In this document: one piece after another, positions 22,621 through 32,865 of the stretch
Numbering within the stretch: the first letter of the stretch is position 1
Layout of the letters: the number at the start of each line of letters is the position of its first letter
From: Candidatus Limnocylindrales bacterium
GTDB lineage: Bacteria; Chloroflexota; Limnocylindria; Limnocylindrales; CSP1-4
NCBI GenBank assembly: GCA_036274475.1
Contig: DASUFO010000087.1
Location: forward strand, 72,936-136,935
Direction: 5' to 3'
DNA: 64,000 bases
Notes under the pieces: model-generated
Databases searched by the model: none
What the model was told of the DNA's origin: nothing
What the model saw: the letters and a program-made list of their open reading frames with translations, nothing else
Position numbers and translations under genes: made by a program

Positions 22621-25600
22621 TCAGCCCGTCGCCCGGCCGGCCGGGCCGGCCGGGGAGGGGCCAGTCGCGGCCCCTCCGATGCTCGCGAGGCGGGCCCGAA
22701 CGCGGACCGCCAGGAGCCGCTGGGCCCGGCGCCGGCGAAGGAGCGTGACGGCGAGCGAGCAGGCGCTCAGGGCGACGACGCCAGCGGCTCCGGCGGCGCC
22801 CGGGTCGACGCCAAGCAGCCCACCGGCGGCGCGCGTCGGCCCCGCCTCGGCGTCGGCTCGGCCGCCCGGGCCGCTTGGCGGTCCTTCGGCGGGGCCCGCA
22901 GGAACGGCCGCCGCGGTCAGATCGCCGACCCGCACGAGGCCGGCGGCGTCGTCCACGACGACCTTGAACGCCTGGTCATCGGGCTCGACGCGACCCGTCG
23001 CGTTCAGGGCGTCGCCCGGCTCGACGAGGGGAAGGTATTCGGCCGCTTCACCCGTGAGCGCGACCCGTCCGATGGCAGTGCCGTCGTTCAGCGTGAATCC
23101 GTCGGGCCTGAGCTCCTCGACGAGGCCGCCGACGCGAACCGTCTGGCCGACGTGCTCACCGAGCGCGATCAGGTCGATGTCGGGAACTTCGGGCCGGCCT
23201 CCGCCGGCGGCGCCAGGTGCGTCCGGACGGCCGGTCGCACGCGACGCGTCAGCGCTTTCCCCGCCGGCGCCACTCGCCGTGGCGCCGCCGAGTGCTACGT
23301 CCGAAGGCCCCCGAGGCACTACCGACCACCGCCTGTCCGACGCGCCCGGATATGGCCGACGGACGATGCCGACGACCGTCGCGCGACGGCCCTCGACGAT
23401 CGCCGTCGACGCGATGCGGGCACCGGCAAGGCCGTTCACCACGACCGTTTCGCCACCGATCGCGAGCTCGGCTCGCCACCGGTCGCCGAGCTTGTGGACG
23501 TCGCTGACGGAGCCGCTGACGGTGACCAGCCGCCACTCGTGGGCGGCAGTTGGTTGCGAAGTTAGAGCGAGCGGCACGGGCCGTGCACCGACGGCGAGGA
23601 CCTGGACGATCTCGGCTCGGAGTCGAGGCGCGTCGTACGCGCGACCCATCGTTCCGCCAATGCGGACCCGCGCTCCGATCGGCGGAACTGCGCCGTCGAC
23701 GGGCAGCAGAATCTCGAGGCCTGCAGTCCGGTCCTCGATCACGATGCGGCGACCCGTCGTATCAAGCAGGTCTGGCGGGGCCGTGACGAGGCCCTCGACG
23801 ACGGCGTCACCCTCACCGCGCCGGATAGCGTCGGCGATGGACACGACGCCCGCAGCGGCCGGGGTCGGCGTCGGCCCCGGACCGCTCGAGCCCGTGGGCG
23901 TCGGCGTCGGCGCGCTTGAGCGCTTCACGAGGTCGGCGGAATCGCGCGCCCAGACGCGATACCCGTCGAGCGCACCCTTGCGGCTCGAGCGCTGGCCCGC
24001 GATGCCCGTGATCTGGTACACAGCGCGAGCGTCGATCGAACCGGCGGTCAGGCCGCTCGACGCGTCGGCCACGATCCTGACGAGCCCGGAATCAGTCTCG
24101 AGGAAGAACGTGATATCGCCGCTCGTGGCCTTGGTCGGCTTCGCGTCGACGATGCCAGTGACCATGACGAGCGCGCCCTCGGCCTCTTCGTCGAGCGAAT
24201 CGGCGTCGACGACCAACGGCGCCGGGAGGGGGCCGACTCCGACGACGCTGAATGTCGATGCGGTCTTCGGTCGGATCTCGAGCTGACCGTACGGATCCGA
24301 GAGCTGGCCCGTCACGGTGACCTTCGCCCCCCGGCCGGGTGCCGTGACGTCGTCAGGGAGCTTCACCGCGATGCCACCCGTCGCGTCGGCGATGGCGAGA
24401 AGCGGCGGCGTGCCGAGACGACCCGCCTCGGCGATCACGACGCCGGTGACCGTCACCAGGGTCCCGATCGGGCGCTGCCGGGCAGCCGCGATCGAGCTGC
24501 CGGTGCTGGGCTCAGGCGTCGGCGGCGCGCTCGCCGTGGCCGTCGGCGATGGCGTCGGGCTCGCGGTCGGTGAGGGTGACGGCGACGGTGGAGCCGTTGG
24601 CGTCGGCGATGGCGTCGGACTCGGCGTTGGCTCCGGCGTGACGCTGAACTCGCCGGCGAGCGTGGCATGCAGTCGATATCCGGCGAGACCGGTGCCGCTG
24701 CTGTCGCGTTGGCCGAGCGGACCGCTTGCGTTGACGATGTCGCCGGTATCGACCGTCGCGCCGGCGAGGGCGTCGGCAGACACAACGAGTCGCAGCGGCC
24801 CGCTGCCGTCGTCGATCGTCACGCCGAGCCCGTCCGACAGGTCGCTCGGCGCGGACGTGACGGTGCCCTCGACGAGCAGTCGCCGGCCCTCGAACGGCTC
24901 GGAGGCTTCACCGGTCGTCGCGGCGATCGGAGCCGGCAATGCGGAGGAGCCGTCGACGCGGATCGCGTCGGCCGTGACGTTGAGGACCCGCAGGCTGAAG
25001 TAGCTCCCGAGCGTGCCGTCGATCTCGACGATCGCCCCCGGAGCCACGGGGATCGGCAGCGCCGCGTCGAGTCGCAGCGCGATCCCGCCGGTCGCGTCCT
25101 GGACGAATCCGATCCGTGCGGACTCAAGCGCACCGAGCGCCGTCGTCAGCGTCCCACGCACCGTCACGTGGGTGCCGTCGGCGAGCGCACGCGCGGCGTC
25201 GATCGCAACCACCGGATCCGGGGTCGGAGTCGGCGTGGGAGTCGGCGTCGGCGTGGGCGTCGGCGTCGGCGTGGGCGTCGGCGTCGGCGTGGGAGTCGGC
25301 GTCGGCGTCGGCGTGGGAGTCGGCGTCGGCGTGGGAGTCGGCGTCGGCGTGGGAGTCGGCGTCGGCGTCGGCGTCGGGGTGGGCGTAGGAGTGGGCGTCG
25401 GGGTCGGCGTGGGCGTAGGAGTGGGCGTGGGAGTGGGCGTCGGTACCGGCGTCGGCGTCAGAACCGGCGTGGGCGTAGGCGTCGGACTGGTTGTTGGGAC
25501 GACCGTGGGCGTCGGCGTGGGCACCGGCGTCGGAACCGGCGTGGGTGTCGGCGTGGGCGTCGGGCCGCTCGAGGGCGACGGCGACGGACCAGGTGGCGGC

Positions 25601-26241
25601 GTCGGCGGTGCCGCCACGTTCTGCGGCGTGGGCGTCGCACTCACGACGAAGTCGGCCGAGTTCACGTTCGTGTCCGTTCCGTTGCCGAGCAGCCCACCCG
25701 GCAGCCGTTCGATGCTCGACCCCGCCGCCGGCGCCGACGCAGCCGTGCCTTCGACAAAGGCATTCGTGGCGTCACCCCACGCGACCGCGTCGATCGGCTC
25801 ACCGCCGATCGGGCGCAGCACGATCGCGCCGCCCGTCGCTGCGAACCCGCCGCTGTACGTCGCGTCGGCGATCGCCGCGTGGATTCCGGCGGCATTCGCG
25901 ATGAGCAGGTGGCGGCCCGGCTCGAGGATCGTGGCGCTCATCCAGGAAGCCTTCCGCGTCACCGTGCTGCCGGTCGACGTCACATAGACGAGCTCGTAGC
26001 CCGTGAGATCGATCGCCACGACGCCCGCGTTCGAGATCTCCGCGAACTCGTCGGAAGCCGACGCACCGCCGGTCTGGACCTCGGAGACCACGAGCGTCGA
26101 CGTCGGCCACGAGACAGCGGCAGCCAGCGCGACTGCCGGCCCGCGGGCTGGGGCAGACGACGCCACGGGCCCCGCGACGGCGAGCGAAACGAGCACAACG
26201 AGCAGCAGCACGGCCTGGCCGGCACCCCGGACGCGATCCAT
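22621..26241 (-). CDS. Large secreted/anchored surface protein: signal peptide, lamin-tail-like (LTD) domain, (Pro-Thr)n linker, three tandem OB-like modules plus a half module, C-terminal TM anchor
   Basis: ATG at 26241 ([24 protein letters not shown]); the track start at 26298 is also possible. LTD-like: [28 protein letters not shown]. Modules begin [41 protein letters not shown] and [21 protein letters not shown]. The end is [24 protein letters not shown]. Confidence 0.8.
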   Translation of the reverse strand: MDRVRGAGQAVLLLVVLVSLAVAGPVASSAPARGPAVALAAAVSWPTSTLVVSEVQTGGASASDEFAEISNAGVVAIDLTGYELVYVTSTGSTVTRKASWMSATILEPGRHLLIANAAGIHAAIADATYSGGFAATGGAIVLRPIGGEPIDAVAWGDATNAFVEGTAASAPAAGSSIERLPGGLLGNGTDTNVNSADFVVSATPTPQNVAAPPTPPPGPSPSPSSGPTPTPTPTPVPTPVPTPTPTVVPTTSPTPTPTPVLTPTPVPTPTPTPTPTPTPTPTPTPTPTPTPTPTPTPTPTPTPTPTPTPTPTPTPTPTPTPTPTPTPTPTPTPTPTPTPTPDPVVAIDAARALADGTHVTVRGTLTTALGALESARIGFVQDATGGIALRLDAALPIPVAPGAIVEIDGTLGSYFSLRVLNVTADAIRVDGSSALPAPIAATTGEASEPFEGRRLLVEGTVTSAPSDLSDGLGVTIDDGSGPLRLVVSADALAGATVDTGDIVNASGPLGQRDSSGTGLAGYRLHATLAGEFSVTPEPTPSPTPSPTPTAPPSPSPSPTASPTPSPTATASAPPTPEPSTGSSIAAARQRPIGTLVTVTGVVIAEAGRLGTPPLLAIADATGGIAVKLPDDVTAPGRGAKVTVTGQLSDPYGQLEIRPKTASTFSVVGVGPLPAPLVVDADSLDEEAEGALVMVTGIVDAKPTKATSGDITFFLETDSGLVRIVADASSGLTAGSIDARAVYQITGIAGQRSSRKGALDGYRVWARDSADLVKRSSAPTPTPTGSSGPGPTPTPAAAGVVSIADAIRRGEGDAVVEGLVTAPPDLLDTTGRRIVIEDRTAGLEILLPVDGAVPPIGARVRIGGTMGRAYDAPRLRAEIVQVLAVGARPVPLALTSQPTAAHEWRLVTVSGSVSDVHKLGDRWRAELAIGGETVVVNGLAGARIASTAIVEGRRATVVGIVRRPYPGASDRRWSVVPRGPSDVALGGATASGAGGESADASRATGRPDAPGAAGGGRPEVPDIDLIALGEHVGQTVRVGGLVEELRPDGFTLNDGTAIGRVALTGEAAEYLPLVEPGDALNATGRVEPDDQAFKVVVDDAAGLVRVGDLTAAAVPAGPAEGPPSGPGGRADAEAGPTRAAGGLLGVDPGAAGAAGVVALSACSLAVTLLRRRRAQRLLAVRVRARLASIGGAATGPSPAGPAGRATG
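25215..25615 (-). repeat. Coding hexanucleotide microsatellite (ggcgtc/ggagtc/gggcgt units) encoding the (Pro-Thr)n linker
   Basis: About 0.4 kb of near-perfect 6-nt periodicity. On the minus strand it translates to PTPTPT... with occasional PV/PS. Confidence 0.9.
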
Positions 26242-26462
26242 CAACGACCTCCCGGCGGGGCGGGCGGGCTGAGACGGCTTGGCGGGTGCGGACGACAAGT
26301 CTTAGCAGGCCCGTCTCATCGCGGCCTGCGCCGTCGATTAGCGCGTTCTTCACCGTTGGTGCACGACCGCTTTCTTCGCGCTTCATCGCGGCTTATCGCA
26401 GCACGCTCGGTAGAACGGGCTACGCGCTACGATTTCGCGACATCCCCCGATCAGGAGGCACC

Positions 26463-27194
26463 GTGGCTCGCGCCAAGAGAACGAACCGCGCCGAGGCGCG
26501 CCGCAACTACCGCGCCGCGATGGCAACGTCGGCCGACGAGCTCGAGGACGCGGAGCTCGACGACGAAGGCATTCCTGACGCCGCTGCGGACAAGCGCAAG
26601 GCGCAGGCGGCAGCCCAGCCGAAAACGGCGACCAGCCCGGCGACGCCACCGGGCGCCCGACCCAGCATCTCGAACGCATTCCGCAGCGCGTTCCGACCGC
26701 TCGACCTGCCCGGCGATCTGCGTGCGCTGCCGCGGCTGCTCATCGACAAGGCGTTCCTGATCCCAGCTGCGCTGATCGTCATCGTCGCGATCGCGGTGAT
26801 CGTCTTCCAGGGCCGGGAGCTCATCAGCCGCGAGCTGAGTGCCTTCGTCCTCGCTCCGCCGCCGCTGGCGCCCGTCTTCATCGCCGGCTTCCTCGCCCCC
26901 CGCGCAAGCTGGCTTCTCGGTGGGCTTCTCGGCGTCGTCCAGACGCTGGCGGTCCTCGCCGTGATCTCCACCCCGTCGCTGGCCGAGCTGACGAGCGTGC
27001 CCGACGCGGCGACGCTCGCGTCGTCGGTACTCATCTCGGTCGTCTTCGGTGCGTTCTACGCGGCGGCGATGGCCTGGTACAAGCGGTTCCTCCGGGCCGC
27101 GAATCCGCCGCGCAACGCCCCTGCGGCGACCCGGCCGGCGGGCAAGCCGAAGCGAGGCTCCGAGGGCCGGCCGATGCTCGCAAAGCGCCGCTAG
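26463..27194 (+). CDS. Membrane protein, unknown function
   Basis: GTG at 26463 follows caggagg. It has a charged N-terminal region and then 4 hydrophobic helices. The track ORF 26286..27194 is trimmed. Confidence 0.5.
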   Translation: MARAKRTNRAEARRNYRAAMATSADELEDAELDDEGIPDAAADKRKAQAAAQPKTATSPATPPGARPSISNAFRSAFRPLDLPGDLRALPRLLIDKAFLIPAALIVIVAIAVIVFQGRELISRELSAFVLAPPPLAPVFIAGFLAPRASWLLGGLLGVVQTLAVLAVISTPSLAELTSVPDAATLASSVLISVVFGAFYAAAMAWYKRFLRAANPPRNAPAATRPAGKPKRGSEGRPMLAKRR

Positions 27195-27219
27195 CGCATC
27201 GAGCGGACCCCCCGGAGGC

Positions 27220-30200
27220 TCAGCCGAGCCGGCGCATCCCGGCATGGCCGAGCTGGCGCACGCCGTCCGGCTGCTCCGGACTGCCGCCGGCCGAGGCCGC
27301 GACCTCGACGAGCGCTCGGACGTCGTGGGCCACCACGTTCACGACTGACGCCTGGCGCTGCAGCTCCCCATCGACGAGGAGCAGCGCGTGGCGGCGGACG
27401 ACGCCACGCAACCTCGCCCAGGTATCCGGCCAGAGCGTGACGTTGACCATCCCGGTCTCGTCCTCGAGCGCGAGGAAGACCGTGCCCTTGGCGGTCATCG
27501 GGTGCTGGCGAGTGACGACCAGGCCACCGACCCGAACCGGTCCCGGCCGGCCCGCGGCGAGCTCCGAATTCGGGACCGCTCCCAGACGATCCAGCACTGG
27601 GCGATACAACGACACGACCTGACGCCTCGCGTCGAGCCCGACCACCGCGTAGGCGTCGCCAATCCGCTCCGATTCGGTGATTGCCGGCAGCGCCGGCGCA
27701 TCGGTCGGTGGGAGCCGGAGGTCCAGAGGCCGGCCGGCGACCCGGCCAGGGACGGAGCCGCGCACGGAGCCTGCCACTTCGCGGAGCTGCCAGAGCAGCT
27801 CGCGCCGCGGCCGACCGAGCGAATCCAGCGCCCCCACCCGGATCAGCCGCTCCAGCGTCTCCTCCGGCAGTCCGGTTCGCTCGACGACGTCGGCGAGCGA
27901 CGTGTACGGGCCACGCGCCAGCTCGGCGTCCAGCAACTGCTCGTGCTCCTCGCCGATCCCCTTCACGAGGCGCATCCCGAGGCGGACGCCCCAGCCGACG
28001 GCGCTCTCGGCCGACCACCGCTCACGCGCCTCGCCTGACGGAATCACACACGACGGCGACCGGACCGGATCGGGTCGACGCTCGATGCCTGCGTCACCGG
28101 GGAGTGGCTCGTCGTCGTCGCCCGTCGCCCAGGCCGGCCGCCCGATCCACTCGGTCGTGGTCTTGTAGCGCGACTTGTTGACGTCGACCGGCAGGACCGC
28201 AACCCCGTGCCGCTTGGCGTCGTTGACGAGGACCTCGACCGGATAGAAGCCCATCGGCTGGGCGTTGATGAGTCCGACGAGGAACTGGGCCGGGTAGAAC
28301 AACTTCAGGAATGACGATTCGTACGCCGTTCTCGCGAACGCGGCGGCGTGCGACTTCGCGAACCCGAACGACGCGAACGCGGCGACCTGGCGGAACAGCT
28401 CCTCGGCGTTCTCCTCGGTCATCCCGGGCTGCCGCCGCGCGCCGTCGACAAACCGGGCGTGGAGCTTCTCCATCTCGCGCGACGAGCGCCACGTGCCCAT
28501 CGCCCGGCGGAAGCCGTCGCTTTCGGCCGGGCTGAACCCCGCGACCTCGATCGCGATCCGCATCACCTGCTCCTGGTAGAGGATCACGCCGAGCGTGTCG
28601 CGGAGCACGGGCTCGAGGCTGGGATGGAGGTACTCGACCGGCTCGAGGCCCTGCTTGCGGCGCAGGTACGGGTGGACCGCGTTGCCCTGGATCGGGCCCG
28701 GCCGAATGATCGCGACCTCCACGACGAGGTCATCGAGGTTGCTCGGCCGCGACTTCGGCAACGTCTGCATCTGGGCCCGGCTCTCGACCTGGAAGACGCC
28801 GACCGTGTCCGCGGCGTGGAGCATGTCGAAGACCTCCCGGACCTCCTCGGGAATCCAGTCGAGCTGGACGCAGACCGCGCAGTCGTGCTCGATGAGCTGG
28901 ATCGTCTCGTCGATCGCCGCGAGCATCCCCAGCCCCAGCAGGTCGAGCTTGATCAGCTTCAGCTCTTCGACGTCGCGCTTGTCGAACTGGACGACGACGC
29001 GGTCCTTCATCGTTGCCCGCTCGATCGGGGCGATGTCGATGAGCGGCGCGGCGGTCACGAGCATGCCGCCGCTGTGGATCGAGAGGTGGCGCGGGAAGCC
29101 ATCGATCCGGGCACAGAACTCGAGCCAGCGGTCCCAGTCGGAGAGGCCTTTCGTGGATCCGCCGAGCGGCTGGGGCGGCGGCTCGGGCTCGATCCGGGCG
29201 ACGCTCGAGTGATCCCCGCCACGACCCATCGCCTGGGTTCGAGGCGCCGGCGGGTCCCAGTGGTTCGGCCTGCCGAGACGGTCTGTCTGGCGAGGCGGGG
29301 GTTCCGGCATCCCGCTCTCGGGGTCGATGGCCCGGCCCTGGACGAGCGCCGGCGGGATGAGCTTCTCGCGATCCGTGGCGTAGCCCGTCCCCCGCCCCGA
29401 CCGCAGCCACGCCACGCTCGCCGGCGTGTCACCGGGCCCGCCTTCGTCGTCGTGCCGTCCGCCCGGCCGAATGGAAGGCGGCGACTCCGGTGCTCCCTCC
29501 CACATCCCCGACTTCGACGGCCCGTCTCCGGGGCCCTCTTGCGCCGCTCCCAGCGGGACTGCTGCCGACAACCCGGCACTCGGCCGGTCGATGTCAGTGG
29601 GATTGACAAATCCCGGGCTTGGGACGCCCGAGGCGGTGACCGGAGCGGTCGTCGCCGCATGGTCCACGCTCGGCTCGCCGCCGATCACGTCCGCCGAACG
29701 GTCCTCCGCCCTGCCCAGGCCCGAATCTGTCACTGCGGTTGACATCGCGCCTGACAGGGAGATCGCCCCTGCCTCTGCCGCCATCGCCTCGTCATGGAGC
29801 CACTTGAACGGCCGCGGCGCGTCCGGATCCGCCGGCGGACGCGGCCGCTTCCAGGGCGGCACCTTGCCGACGAGCGGGATCCGCGTGTTCAGCTGACCGA
29901 GGCCGTCGATGAGCTCCTCGCCGACCGGCGTCTCCACCCGGCGGACATCCTCTGCCCGCGGCAACCGTCCGTCGCCCGCCTCTCCGGCGCCGCCCGTCCG
30001 CACCCGTCCGCCCCGGGCGTGGTTCAGCTGGCCCATCCCGTCGACGAGTCCGCGCTGCCCCGCCTCCGCAGCAGCCCCCGACTCGGCCGGCAGCCCCTCC
30101 CCCGGCCGCCGGAAGAACTCGGCGAAGCCACCGTCTGCTTCGAGGTCCCGCCGGACCATCACGCTGTCGTACGTCTCGAGCGCCTTCGCCACGCGATCCA

Positions 30201-31746
30201 CGAGCGGCCGCGGGAACCCCAGGGCGTAGCCGACCTCGCGCACCGCCGACCGCGCCCGGTACGTGACGAGGTTGCAGACCATGCCCGTGTGCTCGGGGCC
30301 GTACTTCCGATAGATGTACTGGATGACCTCCTCCCGCCGCTCCGACGAGAAGTCGATGTCGACGTCCGGGTAGGTCGTCCGGCCCTCGTTGATGAACCGC
30401 TCGAACAACAGGTTGTGCTGGATCGGCTCGACCCGGCTGATCCCGAGCGTGTACGACACGATCGAGCTCGTCGCGCTGCCCCGGCCCTGGGCAGGGATCC
30501 CACGGTCCTTCGCGAAGCGCATGAGATCCCAGCAGATCAGGAAGAACTCGGCGAGGCCCGCCCGTTCGATCACGTCGAGCTCGTGCGCGAGTCGATTCAC
30601 GACCGCCGACGTCAGGGGGTGGTAGCGCTTCCGGGCGCCCGCCCAGCACAGCTCCGAGAGGTACGAGAACGGCGTCTCGTTGCGCGGCACCGGGAAGCCG
30701 GGAAAGCGGTATTGCTCGAACTCGAGGTCGACCGAACAGGCCGCCGCCAGCGCCGCCGCGCCCTCGACGCCCCCTGCCCAGGCGCGTGCCACGTCCCGGC
30801 CGAGTGCGCCTCTCCCCGGCGGCAACGCGAGCATCTCCACCTCCGACTTGAGGTGTGACTCGCCGTCGGGGCGCCGCAGGTCCGCGAGCGTCCCGAGCGT
30901 CCGGCCGTGGCGGATCGCGGTCAGGACGTCGTGGAACTCGCGGCCTTCGGGCCGGGCGTAGTGGACGTCGTTCGTCACCACGACCGGCAGCCGCATCTCG
31001 CGCGCAAGCGCCACGGACTCCGTGACGAGCCAGTCGTCGTCAGGGAGCAGGTGATGCGACAGCTCGACGTGGAACCGGCCGCCGAACTGCTCGTTGAGCG
31101 CAGCCGCCGTCGCACGCGCGCCCTCGCGGTCGCCGACCCGGAGCCGCCGCGCGATCTCGCCCTCGCGACAGCCCGACAGCGCGACGACGCCTTCGGCATG
31201 CTCAGCGAGCGACGAGGCGAGAAACCGCGGCACGGCCTTGGTCCCGGCGAGGTTCGCCCGCGAGATCAGCCGGCAGAGACTCCGCCAGCCCGACGTGTCC
31301 GCCGCGAGCAAAACGAGATGGGCGCCGCGCTGCCGCTCGCCGATCCCGCGGTGATCTTCCTTGACCGCGGCGCGATGGCCAGGCAACCGGGCGCGATCCG
31401 GCCGCGGCCGATCGGGAAGGCCCTCGACCGCCTCGCCACCCGACTCCGCCCCGGCAGCGCTCTTCTTCCGACCGCCACGCCGAACGCGTCGCCGGGCCGG
31501 GACGACGACGCCCTCGGGATCCGGGACGATCGCATCGAGCAGCTCGACCTCGACGCCGATGACCGGATGGATTCCCGCTTGCGTTGCCGCATTCGCGAAC
31601 CGGACCGCGCCGTACAGGCCCTGATGGTCGGTCGCGGCGAGCGCCGGAAGGCCCAGCTCGGCCGCGCGCCCGACGAGCTCGTCGGGGTCCGACGCTCCGT
31701 CGAGAAACGAGAAGTTCGTGTGGCAGTGGAGTTCGGCATAGGTCAT
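27220..31746 (-). CDS. dnaE2: Error-prone DNA polymerase III alpha-type subunit DnaE2 (ImuC) carrying a roughly 325-aa internal insertion
   Basis: ATG at 31746: MTYAELHCHTNFSFLDGASDPDELV (PHP domain). Also DVDIDFSSERREEVIQYIYRKYG, GFPRHLSIHSGGMLV, FDKRDVEELKLIKLDLLGLGML and a C-terminal OB region. At about 1508 aa it is far longer than typical DnaE2. Confidence 0.93.
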   Translation of the reverse strand: MTYAELHCHTNFSFLDGASDPDELVGRAAELGLPALAATDHQGLYGAVRFANAATQAGIHPVIGVEVELLDAIVPDPEGVVVPARRRVRRGGRKKSAAGAESGGEAVEGLPDRPRPDRARLPGHRAAVKEDHRGIGERQRGAHLVLLAADTSGWRSLCRLISRANLAGTKAVPRFLASSLAEHAEGVVALSGCREGEIARRLRVGDREGARATAAALNEQFGGRFHVELSHHLLPDDDWLVTESVALAREMRLPVVVTNDVHYARPEGREFHDVLTAIRHGRTLGTLADLRRPDGESHLKSEVEMLALPPGRGALGRDVARAWAGGVEGAAALAAACSVDLEFEQYRFPGFPVPRNETPFSYLSELCWAGARKRYHPLTSAVVNRLAHELDVIERAGLAEFFLICWDLMRFAKDRGIPAQGRGSATSSIVSYTLGISRVEPIQHNLLFERFINEGRTTYPDVDIDFSSERREEVIQYIYRKYGPEHTGMVCNLVTYRARSAVREVGYALGFPRPLVDRVAKALETYDSVMVRRDLEADGGFAEFFRRPGEGLPAESGAAAEAGQRGLVDGMGQLNHARGGRVRTGGAGEAGDGRLPRAEDVRRVETPVGEELIDGLGQLNTRIPLVGKVPPWKRPRPPADPDAPRPFKWLHDEAMAAEAGAISLSGAMSTAVTDSGLGRAEDRSADVIGGEPSVDHAATTAPVTASGVPSPGFVNPTDIDRPSAGLSAAVPLGAAQEGPGDGPSKSGMWEGAPESPPSIRPGGRHDDEGGPGDTPASVAWLRSGRGTGYATDREKLIPPALVQGRAIDPESGMPEPPPRQTDRLGRPNHWDPPAPRTQAMGRGGDHSSVARIEPEPPPQPLGGSTKGLSDWDRWLEFCARIDGFPRHLSIHSGGMLVTAAPLIDIAPIERATMKDRVVVQFDKRDVEELKLIKLDLLGLGMLAAIDETIQLIEHDCAVCVQLDWIPEEVREVFDMLHAADTVGVFQVESRAQMQTLPKSRPSNLDDLVVEVAIIRPGPIQGNAVHPYLRRKQGLEPVEYLHPSLEPVLRDTLGVILYQEQVMRIAIEVAGFSPAESDGFRRAMGTWRSSREMEKLHARFVDGARRQPGMTEENAEELFRQVAAFASFGFAKSHAAAFARTAYESSFLKLFYPAQFLVGLINAQPMGFYPVEVLVNDAKRHGVAVLPVDVNKSRYKTTTEWIGRPAWATGDDDEPLPGDAGIERRPDPVRSPSCVIPSGEARERWSAESAVGWGVRLGMRLVKGIGEEHEQLLDAELARGPYTSLADVVERTGLPEETLERLIRVGALDSLGRPRRELLWQLREVAGSVRGSVPGRVAGRPLDLRLPPTDAPALPAITESERIGDAYAVVGLDARRQVVSLYRPVLDRLGAVPNSELAAGRPGPVRVGGLVVTRQHPMTAKGTVFLALEDETGMVNVTLWPDTWARLRGVVRRHALLLVDGELQRQASVVNVVAHDVRALVEVAASAGGSPEQPDGVRQLGHAGMRRLG

Positions 31747-31763
31747 CGGGACCGTCGATGATA

Positions 31764-31775
31764 GAACAGATGTTC
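31764..31775 (-). promoter_or_regulatory. LexA (SOS/Cheo-type) box upstream of dnaE2
   Basis: GAACAGATGTTC (GAAC-N4-GTTC) lies 18 nt upstream of the dnaE2 ATG. TATCAT, a -10-like hexamer on the minus strand, immediately follows. Confidence 0.85.
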
Positions 31776-32144
31776 GATTACGTGCATTGCCTCCGACCGA
31801 AAAATTCGTCTCGCTGACCCGAAACAAGCCGGCGGCATCCGGCGTCTCAGGGCCATGCGAGATCAGCTGCCGACCGCACTCACCGTGACTGCCCGGGCCA
31901 TGGGCATGCTCGCGGTGGCCGTTCTGCTGATCCTCGTGCTCCTCCCGGCCGTGCTTGCGGCTCAGGCCGCCGGCATGCGCTGACTTTCGAACGTCTCGCG
32001 CCTGGGGGCTCGGGACGATCGGCGGCGATCCGACCGCGACGGTCGGGGCGCCGACCCCGCTGGCGGACCTGGTGAGCGGGTCCAACAGCCACAGGACCCC
32101 GTCGTGCTGGGGCGCGGCGGGGTCCTGTCACATCTGCCGCTAGG

Positions 32145-32666
32145 ATGGCGTCGATGACGCGACGCCTCGCCCTCGCCGCCGTCCTCCCGCTCCTTCTGGC
32201 CGTGTCGGCGTGCGGCTCATCGGCCACACCGACCCCGCCGCCAGCCGCTACTCCCTCGCCAACGCCCGAGTTGACTCCGGTTCCTGGGGGCTCGACCGCT
32301 GCGTCTCCGGTCGCGGCGGTCTCGCCGCCAACGCAGACGGACACCGAATGGGGCCGGATCTGGGACGCCCTGCCGCCATCGTTCCCGCTGCCGCCGGACG
32401 CCGTCCCGACCGAGACCGGCCAGGGCGCGGCGTCGGGCTCGTTCGCCGTCGGTGCGTCGGCGTCGACGACGGCGGCCTTCCTCGAATCGGCGCTGGCGGG
32501 CGCCGGGTTCTCGATGGAGTCGGTCGAGGGACCTTCGGAGGACGGCAGCTTCACGCTGAATGCCGTCGGTCGCGATCCCGGCTGTCTGGCGCAGGTTCGG
32601 GTCGTGCCGCTGTCGGGGACGACCAACGTCGTCGTCCTGTACGGGGCGGGTTGTCCGTTCGAATAG
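32145..32666 (+). CDS. Lipoprotein, unknown function
   Basis: MASMTRRLALAAVLPLLLAVSACGSS lipobox, a Pro/Thr-rich linker, then a ~100-aa domain. Confidence 0.6.
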   Translation: MASMTRRLALAAVLPLLLAVSACGSSATPTPPPAATPSPTPELTPVPGGSTAASPVAAVSPPTQTDTEWGRIWDALPPSFPLPPDAVPTETGQGAASGSFAVGASASTTAAFLESALAGAGFSMESVEGPSEDGSFTLNAVGRDPGCLAQVRVVPLSGTTNVVVLYGAGCPFE

Positions 32667-32756
32667 CACCGCTCACATCACGCGGTTTCCCGGTGGAGCG
32701 TCTATGCTGGCGCCGATCGGCACCGGGGATCGATCACCGTTGGGGGAGAGCGCGCG

Positions 32757-32858
32757 ATGCAAGTCTCGGCACCGCGGGATGTCGGCCCGCTCATCCTTGT
32801 GGTGGGCCTCTTCCTGATCCTGTTCTTCGTTTCGCTCATGGTTGGAGCACCCCGCTAG
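32757..32858 (+). CDS. Possible 33-aa hydrophobic micro-protein
   Basis: Not in the track (too short). MQVSAPRDVGPLILVVGLFLILFFVSLMVGAPR is preceded by gggggagag. It sits in a locally AT-richer stretch. Confidence 0.3.
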   Translation: MQVSAPRDVGPLILVVGLFLILFFVSLMVGAPR

Positions 32859-32865
32859 CGGCGGA

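Noticed and set aside
25215-25615. Periodic repeat examined as a possible CRISPR array or non-coding VNTR
   Set aside because: The period is 6 nt with no unique spacers. It lies in frame within a long ORF and encodes (Pro-Thr)n, so it is a coding low-complexity linker, not CRISPR.
29137-30114. dnaE2 insertion considered as an intein or inserted mobile element
   Set aside because: There is no Cys/Ser/Thr at the putative N-extein junction, no terminal His-Asn plus nucleophile, and no homing-endonuclease or Hint blocks. The composition is disordered-like, and there are no flanking repeats or separate ORF.
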